Source: Candidatus Krumholzibacteriia bacterium (lineage in GTDB: Bacteria > Krumholzibacteriota > Krumholzibacteriia > WVZY01). Taken from it: DNA of 17,565 nt. Where the stretch lies: the NCBI GenBank assembly GCA_036478295.1, contig JAZGDW010000295.1, positions 1-17,565 of the forward strand. The letters are read 5' to 3'. This document shows positions 16,570-17,565 of the stretch, piece by piece. The number at the start of each line of letters is the position of its first letter. Positions within the stretch are counted from its first letter, which is position 1. Position numbers and translations under genes: made by a program. The notes under the pieces were generated by a model. The model saw only the letters and a program-made list of their open reading frames with translations, had not been told where the DNA came from and ran no database searches.

Positions 16570-16860
16570 TCAAAACATTCTATGGAACAGCAAATACATC
16601 CACCAAATTTTTGCCCCGGACCTGGTCTGAGGCAAGCCGCCCACCGTGAAGCGGGTGTGCTTGTCGCCTTTGAGACCAAGATCATCTGCATCCCCTTGAT
16701 CACCGTCACCGGACCCTAATGGACCACCTGGGTCGGTGTTCGGAGTGATAATTATGGTGGGAGAATCATCGATGCTAGGGGATTTCGCAGAAGGCATACT
16801 GGCAGGATATACGAGCAGTACCGCGAGCACGGCTATCAGTATGAAACATGCCCGTTTCAT
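16570..16860 (-). CDS. Small secreted protein / putative signalling pro-peptide (96 aa)
   Basis: Clear Sec signal MKR-ACFILIAVLAVLLVYP-ASMPSA, AGGAAGGAG RBS, its own promoter, 52 nt upstream of the co-oriented TPR regulator. Confidence 0.8.
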   Translation of the reverse strand: MKRACFILIAVLAVLLVYPASMPSAKSPSIDDSPTIIITPNTDPGGPLGSGDGDQGDADDLGLKGDKHTRFTVGGLPQTRSGAKIWWMYLLFHRMF

Positions 16861-16942
16861 CCGACCATCATCTCCTTCCTAACCGATTAAGACTTTACTG
16901 GCCCTCAAGAGGGCGATGAACAACGAATTACCCATCTAACAG

Positions 16943-16972
16943 AATATAATCAGTCACCTTAGAATCTGTCAA
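16943..16972 (-). promoter_or_regulatory. sigma-70-type promoter for the peptide / TPR-regulator operon
   Basis: Minus strand TTGACA (16972-16967), 18 nt, TATATT (16948-16943). Confidence 0.7.
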
Positions 16973-16999
16973 AGATTTTCGTTCGAACGGGGCACTTTC

Positions 17000-17565
17000 C
17001 TAGTCGTTTTGTTCGCCGTCATCACGGGGACGTTTGTACGATATTCCGTATTTTTCAAGCTTTTTGTAAAGATTGCTCCGCTGCATACCCAGCTTACGCG
17101 CGGTCTTGCTCACGTTGTACCCGTAGGTCTTGAGCTTGAGCAGGAAGAACTCTTTCTCCGTGGCGTCCCTGAACTCGGTGTACGTTTCCTTCTCGAGGAA
17201 CGGGTCCTCGAGATTCCTGGCGGACCCGAGCTGCGGCAGGTCGCCGACGTCGATCGTCGGTCGATGGGTCAGGATCACCAGGCGCTCGATCAGGTTCTTC
17301 AGCTCCCGGATGTTCCCAGGCCAGTTGTACTCGCGGAGTTCGTCCAACGCGCGCTTTGTCAGCTTCTTCGGACGTTGACCGAGCTCCGCCGCAACTGACG
17401 CGAGGAAATGGTCCACCAGGAGCGGCAGATCGGAAACGCGTTTCCTCAGGGGCGGTATCTGGATGGGAACGACGTTCAAGCGGTAGAAAAGATCCTCCCG
17501 AAAGCCGCCCTCCCGGCTCTCCTGCGCCAGGTTCTTGTTCGTCGCGGCGAGGACACGCACGTCGA
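17000..17565 (-). CDS. NtrC/NtrX-family sigma-54-interacting regulator, C-terminal part (5' end outside the window)
   Basis: DVRVLAATNKNL, FREDLFYRLNVVPI, WPGNIRELKNLIER, HTH YNVSKTARKLGMQRSNLYKKL; the frame is open to the window edge. Confidence 0.93.
   Translation of the reverse strand, partial: DVRVLAATNKNLAQESREGGFREDLFYRLNVVPIQIPPLRKRVSDLPLLVDHFLASVAAELGQRPKKLTKRALDELREYNWPGNIRELKNLIERLVILTHRPTIDVGDLPQLGSARNLEDPFLEKETYTEFRDATEKEFFLLKLKTYGYNVSKTARKLGMQRSNLYKKLEKYGISYKRPRDDGEQND

Overview
GC-rich chromosomal window from a diderm bacterium, probably FCB group (inferred from lpxH, a PorV-like barrel, a T9SS C-terminal sorting domain and a short Bacteroidota-like sigma-70; the exact lineage cannot be determined). 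Almost all genes are on the minus strand. The left half is envelope and housekeeping genes: AMIN/Amidase_3 amidase (truncated), M23 peptidase, sigma-70 factor, DegP/HtrA and lpxH (+). Next come a PorV-like barrel and a T9SS-sorted M6-family protein whose zinc motif is completely lost. The right half looks like a sigma-54 signalling module. A 96-aa secreted peptide gene sits directly upstream of a 1016-aa TPR/GAF-like/AAA+/HTH enhancer-binding protein. Below it lie two perfect TGGCAC-N5-TTGC promoters: one points into a ~270-nt ORF-free, highly structured region (candidate ncRNA), the other into an FN3 lipoprotein + DUF4384 operon. The best candidate for a new system is RRNPP-like peptide sensing coupled to sigma-54 and an sRNA. 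Family assignments come from motif recognition by eye; no searches were run.
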